Assembly (NCBI GenBank): GCA_965223845.1
Contig: CBDCXR010000004.1
Location: 576,001 to 640,000, forward strand
DNA: 64,000 nucleotides
Direction of reading: 5' to 3'
Source: Planctomycetota bacterium
GTDB lineage: Bacteria; Planctomycetota; UBA8108; SXIK01
In this document: positions 19,454 through 29,335 of the stretch, piece after piece
Layout: every line of letters begins with the position of its first letter
How positions within the stretch are numbered: position 1 is the stretch's first letter
The notes under the pieces: generated by a model
Database searches by the model: none
The model's input: the letters and a program-made list of their open reading frames with translations, nothing else
Told to the model about the DNA's origin: nothing
Program-made: the position numbers and the translations under genes

Positions 19454-22066
19454 ATGAACCGTGCAGCTCGACCCCTCAGCCCCTTCCGCTCGCTCGCGCG
19501 ATGCGCGTGCGCAGCCGTGGGGCGCCGGTCGCACGGTCGCACGGGAATCCTGGCGGCGGCGACGCTGCTCGGATGGATTTGTGCGGCCGCATTCGCCTCG
19601 CCCTCGCTCGCGGTCGAGCCTGCTCCCACCGAGAGTCGAGACGATCGCGCCGATCCAGCCGGGGCGGTGGCCGCCAACACGGAGCCACGCGTCCACCCGG
19701 GCGGCGACGGCGACGCGGGGAACCCAGCGCCTCTCGTCATCCAGCCACGCGATCTTTCCGGCGAAGATCGAGAGAAGGCCCGCACCGCGGCGCATCTCCT
19801 TCTCAAGACGATCACCGAAGGAGAAGGTGATCGCACCCGGGAGCGACACAAGACGTTTCTGCAGCTCATCCTGAGCCCGGAGACCCTCGCGAACGGCGAG
19901 ATCCCGTGGCTCTGCACGCAGAGCGTCCTCGAAGAGCTCACTCAGTGGATTCCCCGCGAGGGACTGCCGTACGCGACGCTATCGGCCGATCTCCTCCCGC
20001 TCCTCGGTCGCGGTCCCGATTCGTTTCGAACGGCGTTCGTCGGCGCCGCCGTCGTTCTCATCGCGCACGAAGAGCAGAACAGCGAGGGCGACGCGGGCTC
20101 GACGACGTTCTCTCGTCTGCGCGAGAGCACGGTGCGCCTGCAACTGGCTACAGAGCCAGCTTTCCGCGACGCGGCCGCGATTCTTTGGCTCGCGTCGCCG
20201 CGCGGCGCTCTCGCAACGCTCGTCGAAGCACTCGCCGGGTACAGCGAGCAGGAGAACGGCGACGAGGCGATGATGTGGGTCTGCCTAGACGAGCTCCGCC
20301 AGCGGGTCGCGGTCGATTTCCCGACCTCGGCGGCGTGGCGTGAGTGGTGGGAGCGCGTGCGGACGCTTCCACTCGAGGCGATCTTCATCGATTACCAGAA
20401 AGAGGCCGTCGAGCGACAGGTGGTGACGTGGCGGAAGCTGCTCGGGCGTCTCCGCGAGACGCAGGACGCCGAGCGCGTCCTCCTCGCCATCCAGGACTCG
20501 CTTCTCGAGCTGACGCGTGTCGAAGAACGGCTCGCCGTCGTCGCCGAGCTCGAGCAGTTCGCCGGGTGGCTGCGCGGACTCCCGGCTCCCGTTGCTACCG
20601 CGGAGGAGCGTCAGGAGTTAGCGCTTCGAGCCGCCGAGCAGTTGCTCGGCGTCGTGGAGCGACAGCGCTTCGAGCTCGAGAGTCCGGACGTCGTGCGCTC
20701 AGCGCTCGCGGCGATCGGAGCGTATCAGTCCTCGCTCGAGAAAACGGATCAGTTTGACGATCGCCTCCACGCGATCGTCATCGGCAATCTCCGGGTGCCG
20801 CCGGGCACCGGAAAGGCCGGTGAACGCGCGATCTTCCGCGAGAGCGTCGAGCTCGCGGGCCTCCTTCGGCTCGAAGAGGCACGTCCGTACCTCGAGGCGT
20901 ACCTGCAGAGCGTCGAGTCCGTTTCGGAAGCGAACGACGATCTCCTCAACTCGGCGATCACCGCGTTCGGGCGCCTAGCCCATACCGGAATGCGCGACGA
21001 GATGGCGCGGCTCCTCATCCGCCACGTACAGCGCGACGGCGGCGACACGGCGGTGCGGGACCTGCGGCGAGCGGCGATGACCGCGCTCAGCGGCGCCGTC
21101 GGCAACGAAGAGCTCCGGCCGTTTCTCCTCGAGTTCTACCGGCAGGCGCTCGTCGACCTGCGCGACAAGCCGCTGCGCGTCCGCTCGATCCTCGGGCTCG
21201 GGGCCCTCGCTCAACTCAAGGTGGAAGGCGCGCTCGATTCTCTCGTCGAGCTCCTCCGCGCCGGAGAGCAGTATCCCGTCGAGGAGGTGCTCGCCGCGGT
21301 CGATGCGATCGCCTCCTACATCGCGCCTCCCGATGCGCTCGCGGTTCTCGTGCCCTATTTGACCGCGAAGCGGAAGCAAGTCGGCGATCACGTTCGGGGC
21401 AAGGTCGTCGCATTCATCGAGTCGAGCGGGCTCCCCGCCGCCGCAGAGACGAGCCAGCGACTTGTCACGCTCGGGGGAGAAGATCCTGCGTGCTGGGCTG
21501 CGGCGGGCGTACTGTTCGCGTCGCCTGCGCTCGTCAAGTTGATCGATGCGGCGCAGGCAGACTTCGCGGCTCCGAACGTCGCCCGCGATTGGTGGACGAC
21601 GCGCGCGGGGTTGATCCTCGCGGCCGACATGAGCGGGGATGATCTCGCGCTCGAGACTGGGGTCGCGTTTCTTCGCGACACGCTGCGAAAGTCTCCCGAA
21701 ATTGCCGAGCGTCACCCGGATGCGACGAAGGAGCTCGAGGTGCTCGACGCGTCGCTCGGCCGGCGGCGCGCGCTCGCCGAAGTTTTCGACGGGGCGACGG
21801 CGATCGATCCGGAGCGCCTTGCGAACGACGTGATCGACGCGTTCCGAGCGGAAACCGATCCCACGCGGCGCGCGGGTCAGTTCCTCTGGTTCGAGCGACG
21901 AGTCCGAGCGTTGGCCCCCGAGCGCGCGGCTCCCGTCGCCGGTAAGCTCCAGGGGCCGCTCGCGGCAACACCGGCTCTCTGGGAAGGTGTCGCTCCTCGT
22001 CTCCGCGAGAGACTCCTCGGTTCGCTCGGCGAGCTCGCCGGGAGTCCGAAGGACGGCGAGAACTGA
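19454..22066 (+). CDS. Large exported all-alpha (HEAT/ARM-like) hypothetical protein
   Basis: Long ORF with coding-like codon use; signal-like segment ending ASPSLA; helical repeats; start uncertain. Confidence 0.7.
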   Translation: MNRAARPLSPFRSLARCACAAVGRRSHGRTGILAAATLLGWICAAAFASPSLAVEPAPTESRDDRADPAGAVAANTEPRVHPGGDGDAGNPAPLVIQPRDLSGEDREKARTAAHLLLKTITEGEGDRTRERHKTFLQLILSPETLANGEIPWLCTQSVLEELTQWIPREGLPYATLSADLLPLLGRGPDSFRTAFVGAAVVLIAHEEQNSEGDAGSTTFSRLRESTVRLQLATEPAFRDAAAILWLASPRGALATLVEALAGYSEQENGDEAMMWVCLDELRQRVAVDFPTSAAWREWWERVRTLPLEAIFIDYQKEAVERQVVTWRKLLGRLRETQDAERVLLAIQDSLLELTRVEERLAVVAELEQFAGWLRGLPAPVATAEERQELALRAAEQLLGVVERQRFELESPDVVRSALAAIGAYQSSLEKTDQFDDRLHAIVIGNLRVPPGTGKAGERAIFRESVELAGLLRLEEARPYLEAYLQSVESVSEANDDLLNSAITAFGRLAHTGMRDEMARLLIRHVQRDGGDTAVRDLRRAAMTALSGAVGNEELRPFLLEFYRQALVDLRDKPLRVRSILGLGALAQLKVEGALDSLVELLRAGEQYPVEEVLAAVDAIASYIAPPDALAVLVPYLTAKRKQVGDHVRGKVVAFIESSGLPAAAETSQRLVTLGGEDPACWAAAGVLFASPALVKLIDAAQADFAAPNVARDWWTTRAGLILAADMSGDDLALETGVAFLRDTLRKSPEIAERHPDATKELEVLDASLGRRRALAEVFDGATAIDPERLANDVIDAFRAETDPTRRAGQFLWFERRVRALAPERAAPVAGKLQGPLAATPALWEGVAPRLRERLLGSLGELAGSPKDGEN

Positions 22067-22216
22067 TCGACCAGCCCGGATTCATCCGGGTCGCTCGGCG
22101 CCCAGAAACTCCGCGGTGAGCTCTGCGGATTCGACTCGGCGGACCGCGCCGGTGGGCCCGACTCGCGTGGAGCGGACGAGGACGTGTCATCGCGAACGTT
22201 CGGACGAAGTCGGCCC

Positions 22217-22927
22217 TCAGCGGGTCCGATCGCCGCGCCCGCGTCCGTGCCGAAGGTAGAGCGCGCCGATCGTCCAAAGGATCTTCGCGCCCGCGCGGAC
22301 GGTGCCTGAGATCGTGCCCGTGATCTTCGACTTCCCGATTCGCCGGCGGTAGGCCGCCGGTCGATCGACGACGCGCAGATTCTCCTGAAGCGCGCGCACC
22401 TGCATCTCGACGGTCCAGCCGAAATTTCGATCCCGCATGCCGAGCTCTCGGAGGGAGCTCGCGCGAATCGCGCGGAACGGTCCGAGGTCGGTGTACCGGT
22501 GTCCCCAGAGCCAGCGCATCAACGTGCAGGCGAGCTTGTTCCCGTAGTAGGCCTGGGGCGCGAGCGCGCCGGGCTCGCGGGCGCCGAGCGCGCGACTACC
22601 GATGACGAGATCGGCTTCGTCGGCCGCGATCGGCGCGATCAGCGCGGGCAGTTCTTCGGGATGATCGCTGAAGTCGGCGTCGAGAAAAGCCACGCAGTCG
22701 ACGTCCGGCGGGAGCGACGCGATGCCGGCGAGGCACGCCGAACCGTATCCTCGCCGCGGCTCGAGAACGACCCGCGCTCCCGCCCGCGACGCAGCCTCGC
22801 CCGTGCCGTCGTCGCTCGCGTTGTCGACGACGACGATCTCTGCGACAGCGTCCTTCGGAATCGCTTCGATGACTCGTGCGATGGACTCGCGCTCGTTGTA
22901 CGCGGGGATGATGACGACCGTCTTCAT
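22217..22927 (-). CDS. Glycosyltransferase family 2 (DPM-synthase-like)
   Basis: VIIPAYNE, VVVDNASDDGT, GYGSA, DADFSD, GSR, FGWTVEM. Confidence 0.92.
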   Translation of the reverse strand: MKTVVIIPAYNERESIARVIEAIPKDAVAEIVVVDNASDDGTGEAASRAGARVVLEPRRGYGSACLAGIASLPPDVDCVAFLDADFSDHPEELPALIAPIAADEADLVIGSRALGAREPGALAPQAYYGNKLACTLMRWLWGHRYTDLGPFRAIRASSLRELGMRDRNFGWTVEMQVRALQENLRVVDRPAAYRRRIGKSKITGTISGTVRAGAKILWTIGALYLRHGRGRGDRTR

Positions 22928-22934
22928 CCCGACG

Positions 22935-23810
22935 TCAGCCGGACGTTTCGTCGGCGTCGCCGCGGCTTGTCGCCGGGGGGCGGGCGATGCGGTCGATCGC
23001 GATGAGATCGCGCGCGACCTCCTCGAGGTCGCGGAGGTGGAGACTGCTCGGTCCGTCGCAGAGGGCGGAGTCGGGATCGGGATGCACCTCGAAGAAGTAC
23101 GCGTCCACTCCCGCACCCGCGGCCGCACGTGCGAGCGGCGGGATGAGATCACGGTGACCGCCGCTGCGGCCGCCGAGTTCCGCGGGCTTTTGAACGCTGT
23201 GGCTCGCGTCGTAGACGACCGGGATCCCGGCCCGGCGGATCTCGACGACGGCGCGGAAATCGTTGACGAGATCGCCGTGGCCAAAGGTCGTCCCACGCTC
23301 GGTGAGGACGACACCCGGTGTGCGCGGGCCGGTCGCCGCTCGCACGCGGTCGCCCGCACTCCAAGGCGGCAGAAACTGACCGCGCTTGATGTTGACGAGG
23401 CAGCCGGTTTCACCGGCCGCGCGGAGGAGATCGTTCTGCCGACAGAGGAATGCGGGGACCTGCAGGATATCGAGGACGTCCCCGGCGGCGTGCGCTTCGC
23501 TCACGGTATGAACGTCGGAGGTGACGGGAAGACCGGTTCTCTCCTTGACGAGACGAAGGAGCGCCAGCCCGCGCTCGAGTCCCGGGCCGCGATAGGAATC
23601 GTGACTCGATCGGTTCGCCTTGTCGTACGAGCCCTTGAAGACGAACGGGACGCCGAGGGCATCGCGGAGGCGGCAGAGCTCCGCCGCGATCGCGAGAACG
23701 AGCTCTTCGCTTTCGAGAGAATCGGGGCCTGCGATGAACAGCGGAGGGGCGTCGCCCCCGATTGCGAACGCGCCGCAAGCGATCCGTCGCGTCGTCGGTC
23801 TCGCGCTCAC
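22935..23810 (-). CDS. kdsA: 3-deoxy-8-phosphooctulonate (KDO8P) synthase
   Basis: FKGSYDKANRSS, QVPAFLCRQ, KRGQFL, DASHSVQ, EVHPDPDSALCDG. Confidence 0.96.
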   Translation of the reverse strand: MSARPTTRRIACGAFAIGGDAPPLFIAGPDSLESEELVLAIAAELCRLRDALGVPFVFKGSYDKANRSSHDSYRGPGLERGLALLRLVKERTGLPVTSDVHTVSEAHAAGDVLDILQVPAFLCRQNDLLRAAGETGCLVNIKRGQFLPPWSAGDRVRAATGPRTPGVVLTERGTTFGHGDLVNDFRAVVEIRRAGIPVVYDASHSVQKPAELGGRSGGHRDLIPPLARAAAGAGVDAYFFEVHPDPDSALCDGPSSLHLRDLEEVARDLIAIDRIARPPATSRGDADETSG

Positions 23811-24994
23811 GTTGCCGGACTCTCCTCGAAGGGGCGGCGGAGCTCGTGGAGCCGGCGAGCCGATCGTTCGATCCGCTCAGACTCGACGACGCGCGCCGCC
23901 AGCGATTCCGGGATTCCGTCGCACCCGACGAAGGCTCCGGCGAGCGCGCCGCCGATGACCGCGGCGGTATCCATTTGGCCGCCGAGGCGGATGCATCGGT
24001 CGACGACCGCAGCATAGTCCGTGGGATTACGGAGAAACGCGTAGATTCCGGACAGGAGCGTCGGCACGCAATACGTTCCGAGGCCGTCCTCGCTCGCGGC
24101 GTAGCGTTCGTCGGGGTAGACGTCCTCGAAGTGGCGATAGACGCGAAACTCGGCCATCGAGAGGACGCGCGGGAAGTCGACGATCAACTCGGCCAGGTGG
24201 GCGTCGTAGCTCGCCGCACCGGTGGCCGCCGCGTCGAGAAAGTCCCCGAGGAGGAGCTCGGACACCGAAATCGCGTAGGCGACTGCGGCGCCGAAGGCCG
24301 CGGCGCAGGCTTTGACGCGCCCATCGGTGTGAGTGAGCTCCACGAGCTCGGCGACGCGTTCGGTTCGTGCGTCGCCGTCGGCGTAATTCCAGAGCGCCGC
24401 CGGCAGCGCGCGTCCGATGGGCGAGGCTTCGGCGCGTCCCGCGGCGAGGGGTCGCGGTCGGCGGCGGGCGTCGGCCGCGAGAGCACTCGCCATCGCTTCC
24501 GCGCAGCTCGCGTCGCGCTCGATGAGCTGCTGGTCCTTCCAGAGGGGGAGCAGCTCGTCGAAAGCCACCGCCGCTTCGGGGATCGCGGCCCGGGCACGCT
24601 CTGCGAGGGGGGCCAGCTCCGCACTCTCGATCGTGGCATCGAGCACCGCGAGGATGACCTGGGCATCGTCGCCGAATTGTCCGAGCGGGTGGAACCCGCT
24701 GTGGTGGCGGGCGAACTCACTCGCTGGAGAAGCGGCGAGGCTCGAGAGATAGCTGCGCGTGAAGTAAAGGTGGCCGAGAGCGAGGGCGTCGGCCACGGCG
24801 GCGCCGAGAATCGCGCCAACATACCGGTCCGCGCCCAAGGGATCGCCGTCGCTGACTTCGCTCTCGATCTCGTCGCTATCGACTGCGTCGGCTTCTCGGT
24901 CCCGGTCGGAGAGCTCCCAGCCGTTGCGTTCGCTCGCGTCGTCGCGCGTCGTCGCAGCGGGCTCATCGCGCGGTTTCGATTCGGGATGGACCAT
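23807..24994 (-). CDS. ADP-ribosylglycohydrolase (DraG/ARH) family protein, motifs divergent
   Basis: GAILGAAVADALA, GQFGDDAQ, LTH, GGQMDTAAVIGGALAGA..G..GIP; start uncertain. Confidence 0.8.
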   Translation of the reverse strand: MVHPESKPRDEPAATTRDDASERNGWELSDRDREADAVDSDEIESEVSDGDPLGADRYVGAILGAAVADALALGHLYFTRSYLSSLAASPASEFARHHSGFHPLGQFGDDAQVILAVLDATIESAELAPLAERARAAIPEAAVAFDELLPLWKDQQLIERDASCAEAMASALAADARRRPRPLAAGRAEASPIGRALPAALWNYADGDARTERVAELVELTHTDGRVKACAAAFGAAVAYAISVSELLLGDFLDAAATGAASYDAHLAELIVDFPRVLSMAEFRVYRHFEDVYPDERYAASEDGLGTYCVPTLLSGIYAFLRNPTDYAAVVDRCIRLGGQMDTAAVIGGALAGAFVGCDGIPESLAARVVESERIERSARRLHELRRPFEESPAT

Positions 24995-25236
24995 CGGCGG
25001 TGGGTGGGGAGGAAGGGCGCGCGGCGGCGTTCTCGAACCGTTCGCGCAGCTTTTTCGGACGCTCAGAATAGCCGTCCCGTCGAGACCTGCCAAGCGAGCG
25101 CGCCCGGATTTGCCCCGCATCGACCGCGATGATAGGTTTCGACAAGAACTCCGCGCCGAGCGGCGCGGTCAACCGACCAACCCGGGGGGCACGGGATCAC
25201 TGGTAGCTCATCTCGATCGCCTCTGAGGACGTAAGC

Positions 25237-25467
25237 ATGGGATCGGACCGGAAGCTCTTCGGCGAGGTTGCCTTCGAAAAGGGGTATGTTACAACGGAGG
25301 GCTTGTACGAGGCTCTAACCGTGCAGGTGAAGGCCCAAGTCGCCGGAAAGCCGTATCGGTTTCTCGGCCAGATCTTGATGGATCTCGGCGAGATGACCGA
25401 GAGTCAGGTTCTGGAAGTCCTCAGTGAGCTTCACACCCCCGAAGCAGTCGTCGCGAGCTCTCACTGA
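25237..25467 (+). CDS. Small stand-alone MshEN-like domain protein
   Basis: Two tandem (L/F)GxxxxxxGxxTxxxLxxxL motifs in 76 aa; GAGG SD. Confidence 0.65.
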   Translation: MGSDRKLFGEVAFEKGYVTTEGLYEALTVQVKAQVAGKPYRFLGQILMDLGEMTESQVLEVLSELHTPEAVVASSH

Positions 25468-25507
25468 CGTTCCGTTTCGTGACGACTTCCGGTCACGCCG
25501 CGCCGCC

Positions 25508-26188
25508 GTGCCTCGCGCCGTTCGCATCGCGGTTGCCGGCCTGGTCCTCTCCGTCCTCACTGCGTGCTCGACCGCCGCGTACGTCCACTCGGAGTACCGT
25601 TCGTTCGCCATCGACCGGATCGGAGTGGCGCCGGTCGGGAACGACACCGTGTTCGCCCTCGACAGCGTGACGTTCGGTGGCATGCTCCAGCGCGGTCTCC
25701 TGACGCCGCGGGTCTACGATGTGCCGAAGATCCTCGCGGGATCGATTCAGAAGACCCTCCTCGAGAAAAACTACGAGACGATCTCGCTTCCCGGATCTCC
25801 CGGCGAGGGCTGGCGCGTCGCGATCGAACCCGAGCGTGAGAGTCCCGCGGAGAGCGAGAGCGGATCCGTCGCGGCGGATCCCCCTCCGAGCGAGACTCCG
25901 TCCCCGGAGCGGCCGACTCCTCCGGACGTCGATGCGACGATGCACTGCGTCATCGTCGGCTGGAAGGCGCGCACGAGTGGGCAGCCGGAGTTTCGCATCG
26001 AGTTTTCGCTCTCGCTCGACCGCGCGGGTCACCGTATCTACGGCGGAACGTTTCGCGGTCACTACGTGGAACGCGGGCACCGCCGCTCCCACGACAGCGT
26101 TCCGCGCGCCATCCACGCCGCGGTCGAGCGGGCCCTCGCCGCACTCCCCGTCGCCGCGACGGGAGTCGAGGGCGCGGCGGCTCCGTGA
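25508..26188 (+). CDS. Putative lipoprotein
   Basis: Lipobox LVLSVLTA-C then IGVAPVGN; start could be 25424. Confidence 0.6.
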   Translation: MPRAVRIAVAGLVLSVLTACSTAAYVHSEYRSFAIDRIGVAPVGNDTVFALDSVTFGGMLQRGLLTPRVYDVPKILAGSIQKTLLEKNYETISLPGSPGEGWRVAIEPERESPAESESGSVAADPPPSETPSPERPTPPDVDATMHCVIVGWKARTSGQPEFRIEFSLSLDRAGHRIYGGTFRGHYVERGHRRSHDSVPRAIHAAVERALAALPVAATGVEGAAAP

Positions 26189-26245
26189 CCCGCCCGCCGA
26201 TCGGCTGACGACTCCGCCTCCCGGCACCCCGCGCGCGGATCCTCC

Positions 26246-27286
26246 ATGTCCGATCGAGCTCCGACCGACCGACTCCTCGACCGACTTCGCCTCGTCGGCG
26301 TACCGCTCAGCGCGATCTACGGTCGAGTCGCGGAGTGGCGCCGGCGACGCCTCTCTCGACGGGCGGTGCGTCTCGATCAGCCGGTGATCAGCGTCGGCAA
26401 TCTCACCTGCGGCGGGACGGGAAAGACGCCGACCGTCGAGATGGTCGTCCGCGACCTCGAGAAGCTCGGTCGCCGGCCGGCGATCCTCAGCCGGGGCTAC
26501 GGTGCGCGCTTCGAGCGCGGGAGCAGCGGCGATGCCGGAAACGACGAGTTTCACGTCCTCAAGGCGAATCTTCCGGGGGTCGCGCACTACCAAGGCAAGG
26601 ACCGCGTCGCCGCCGGACGGCGGGCGCTCGAGTGCGGAGCGGACTGCCTCGTTCTCGACGACGGCTTCCAGCACGTTCGGCTAGCGCGCGATCTCGACTT
26701 CGTGCTTCTCGACGCCACGCAGCCGTTCTCGAACGGTCGCGTCCTTCCGGCGGGACTGCTCCGCGAGCCGATCCGCGTCCTCGACGGCGCGGGACTCATC
26801 GGGCTCACGCGTTGCGATCTCGCGGACCCGATCGGGTTCGCGACTCTGCGTAGCTTTCTCACTCGCCGGTTCGGCTCCATTCCCCGCGTCGAGCTCTCGA
26901 CGCGGCCCGTCGCCTGGGAGTCGCTCGACGGGGAATCGGAACCCGTCGAGTCTCTCGCCGGCGCGCGCGTCCTCGTCTTTTCTGCGATCGGCAACCCGAG
27001 CGCCTTCGAGCAGCAGCTCCGCGGACTCGGACTCGACGTCGCTGCCAGCGTTTGTTTCCGCGATCACCACCGCTATACTGACGCGGACGTTCGCGACTTG
27101 GCCCGGCGCGCGCGGGAGCTCGATGTCGATCGGGTGATCGGCACGCAGAAGGACGCCGTGAAGCTCTCCGCGGGCGAGTCGACGAGCGCTTGGCGGTTCC
27201 TCCGCACCGAGCAGACGATCGTCCGCGGCGAAGAGAACTACCGGCGCTCACTCGATCGAGCTCTCGCGCAAAGCGACTCGTCGTGA
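26246..27286 (+). CDS. lpxK: Tetraacyldisaccharide 4'-kinase
   Basis: VISVGNLTCGGTGKTP, LSRGYG, LDDGFQH, LPAGLLREP, DHH, TQKDAVK. Confidence 0.96.
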   Translation: MSDRAPTDRLLDRLRLVGVPLSAIYGRVAEWRRRRLSRRAVRLDQPVISVGNLTCGGTGKTPTVEMVVRDLEKLGRRPAILSRGYGARFERGSSGDAGNDEFHVLKANLPGVAHYQGKDRVAAGRRALECGADCLVLDDGFQHVRLARDLDFVLLDATQPFSNGRVLPAGLLREPIRVLDGAGLIGLTRCDLADPIGFATLRSFLTRRFGSIPRVELSTRPVAWESLDGESEPVESLAGARVLVFSAIGNPSAFEQQLRGLGLDVAASVCFRDHHRYTDADVRDLARRARELDVDRVIGTQKDAVKLSAGESTSAWRFLRTEQTIVRGEENYRRSLDRALAQSDSS

Positions 27287-27456
27287 GCGGGTTCGGTTCG
27301 GTCCGGCCGTTCGCGCGTCGAGTCTGAGCACGAAGCGAGTCGAGGATCGGGACGTCGATTCCCGGACGCGCGGGTCGAGCTCGGCGGTCTTGACACCACC
27401 CCGCACCCCGGTCGGTCGTTTGGACGGACCCTGACGCCACGAAGTGAGGCTTCTTC

Positions 27457-28959
27457 TTGTCGATCCAGCTCGCTCGTTTTCTCGAGTCCATCGAATCGCC
27501 GCGGATCGCCGTCGTCGGCGACTCGATCCTCGATGAATACATCTGGGGTGAAGTCGAGCGAGTCTCACCCGAGGCGCCGATTCCCGTTCTCCGCGCCTCT
27601 CACCGCGAGCTCCGAGCCGGCGGGGCCGGCAGCGTCGTCGTCAATCTCGCCGAGCTCGGTGTCGACGTGTCTTTCTTCAGCGTCTGTGGGGACGACCCCG
27701 GCGGCGCGAAGCTGAAGACGCTCTTCGCGCGAGACTCCGTGTCCCTCGATGGACTCATCGAGGAGCCGCATCGACCGACGACGGTCAAGTGCCGGCATAT
27801 CGGTTTCGTGCAGAGCGCGAACCGCGCCATGCAACAGCTCCTCCGCGTCGACGACGAGGTGCGGACACCGATCGCGCCGGCGACGATCGAGCGGATGGTC
27901 GAGGCGTTTCGCGCGCAGGCCGGCGCTCTCGACGCGGTGCTCGTCTCGGACTACGACAAGGGACTCCTCAGCGCCGAGTTGATCGAGCGACTCCGCGAGG
28001 CGGCACCACCGGATCTCCCGTTTCTCGTCGACCCATCCGCGCGGCGCGAGTACTCGCTTTACCGCCGGACGAAGCTAATCTGCCCGAACCGATTCGAGGC
28101 GCAGTCGGCGACCGGGATCGCCTGTCGCGACTTCGCTGGTTGTGAGCGGGCCGCCGAGCGACTCGCCGAGGATCTCGAGATCGACGTGGTCGCCCTCACC
28201 ATGGACGCGGACGGCATCCTCGTCTACGAGCGCGGGAAGCGTCACCAGCATTTTCCGACGCGGCAGCGCGTCGTGACCGACGTCACCGGGGCCGGCGACA
28301 TGGTGCTCAGCATCCTCGGTCTGGTGATGGCGGCGGGCGGCGGAATCACCGAAGCGATTCAGCTCGCCAACGTCGCGGCGGGGATCGAGATCCGGCGGCT
28401 CGGTGTGACGCCGCTCACCAGGCGCGAGATCGCGCAGGAGATCCTTCACGAGGGGCGGGCTGGAGCGGCGAAGATTCAGCCGCTCGAGGCGGTGGCCGCC
28501 GCGATTTCGACGGCGCGGGAGCAAGGCCGTCGCATCGTGTTCACGAACGGCTGCTTCGATTTTTTTCACGCCGGCCATCACCACCTTCTCGCCAGCGCGG
28601 CTCGCGAGGGAGACGTTCTCGTAGTAGCAGTGAACAGCGACGCGTCCGTCCGCCGCCTCGCCAAGGGCCCCGGGCGACCGGCGATTCCCGAAGCGGATCG
28701 CATCCTCATGCTCGCCAGTCTCGAATTCGTCGATCATGTTGTTCTGTTCGACGAAGAGACGCCGATTCGACTCCTCGAAGCTCTTCGACCCGACGTGCTC
28801 GTCAAGGGCGAGGAGTACCGCGAGCGGGGTGTGATCGGGGGGGAGTTCGTCGAAGGTTACGGCGGAACGGTGTCGTTTGTTCCCCACCTCCACGGATTTT
28901 CGACGACCGTTCTGCTCGAAGGGCGCGCGGGTGCATCGCCGCCGACCCAAGGTTCGTGA
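27457..28959 (+). CDS. hldE: Bifunctional heptose 7-phosphate kinase / heptose 1-phosphate adenylyltransferase
   Basis: RVSPEAPIPV, SDYDKG, DVTGAGD, FTNGCFDFFHAGH. Confidence 0.95.
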   Translation: MSIQLARFLESIESPRIAVVGDSILDEYIWGEVERVSPEAPIPVLRASHRELRAGGAGSVVVNLAELGVDVSFFSVCGDDPGGAKLKTLFARDSVSLDGLIEEPHRPTTVKCRHIGFVQSANRAMQQLLRVDDEVRTPIAPATIERMVEAFRAQAGALDAVLVSDYDKGLLSAELIERLREAAPPDLPFLVDPSARREYSLYRRTKLICPNRFEAQSATGIACRDFAGCERAAERLAEDLEIDVVALTMDADGILVYERGKRHQHFPTRQRVVTDVTGAGDMVLSILGLVMAAGGGITEAIQLANVAAGIEIRRLGVTPLTRREIAQEILHEGRAGAAKIQPLEAVAAAISTAREQGRRIVFTNGCFDFFHAGHHHLLASAAREGDVLVVAVNSDASVRRLAKGPGRPAIPEADRILMLASLEFVDHVVLFDEETPIRLLEALRPDVLVKGEEYRERGVIGGEFVEGYGGTVSFVPHLHGFSTTVLLEGRAGASPPTQGS

Positions 28960-29335
28960 CGGAGCGCTCCGGCGGGCCTTGTTCGCTCGCGCCGAAGGGC
29001 GCCGGAGCGCCCGCGTCGTAGTAGAATCTTTTCCGCGACGACGGGTAAACTTGGGGCTGACTAGGGGGCCGTTCTTCAACCGGCCCCTAGCCGCAGAGCT
29101 CGTCGCTCTGAGGATCGGGGCGAGTCTCCGGTCGACCGTCCCTGCCTCCCGCGATCCCGTCGGCGCCCGTGCCCCGGCGCCTCGCGCGCTCTCCCTTTTC
29201 GTTTCGTCTTAGCCAGCTCTCGCGCCGCCAGCCCGGCGACCGCGCGCCCTGCCCGGTCACCGACTCGGTCGAGCCGAACGATCGACCGCGGCCGCGCCGA
29301 CGCCGAATTCCCGCCGATCGAACGAAGGATTCTTC

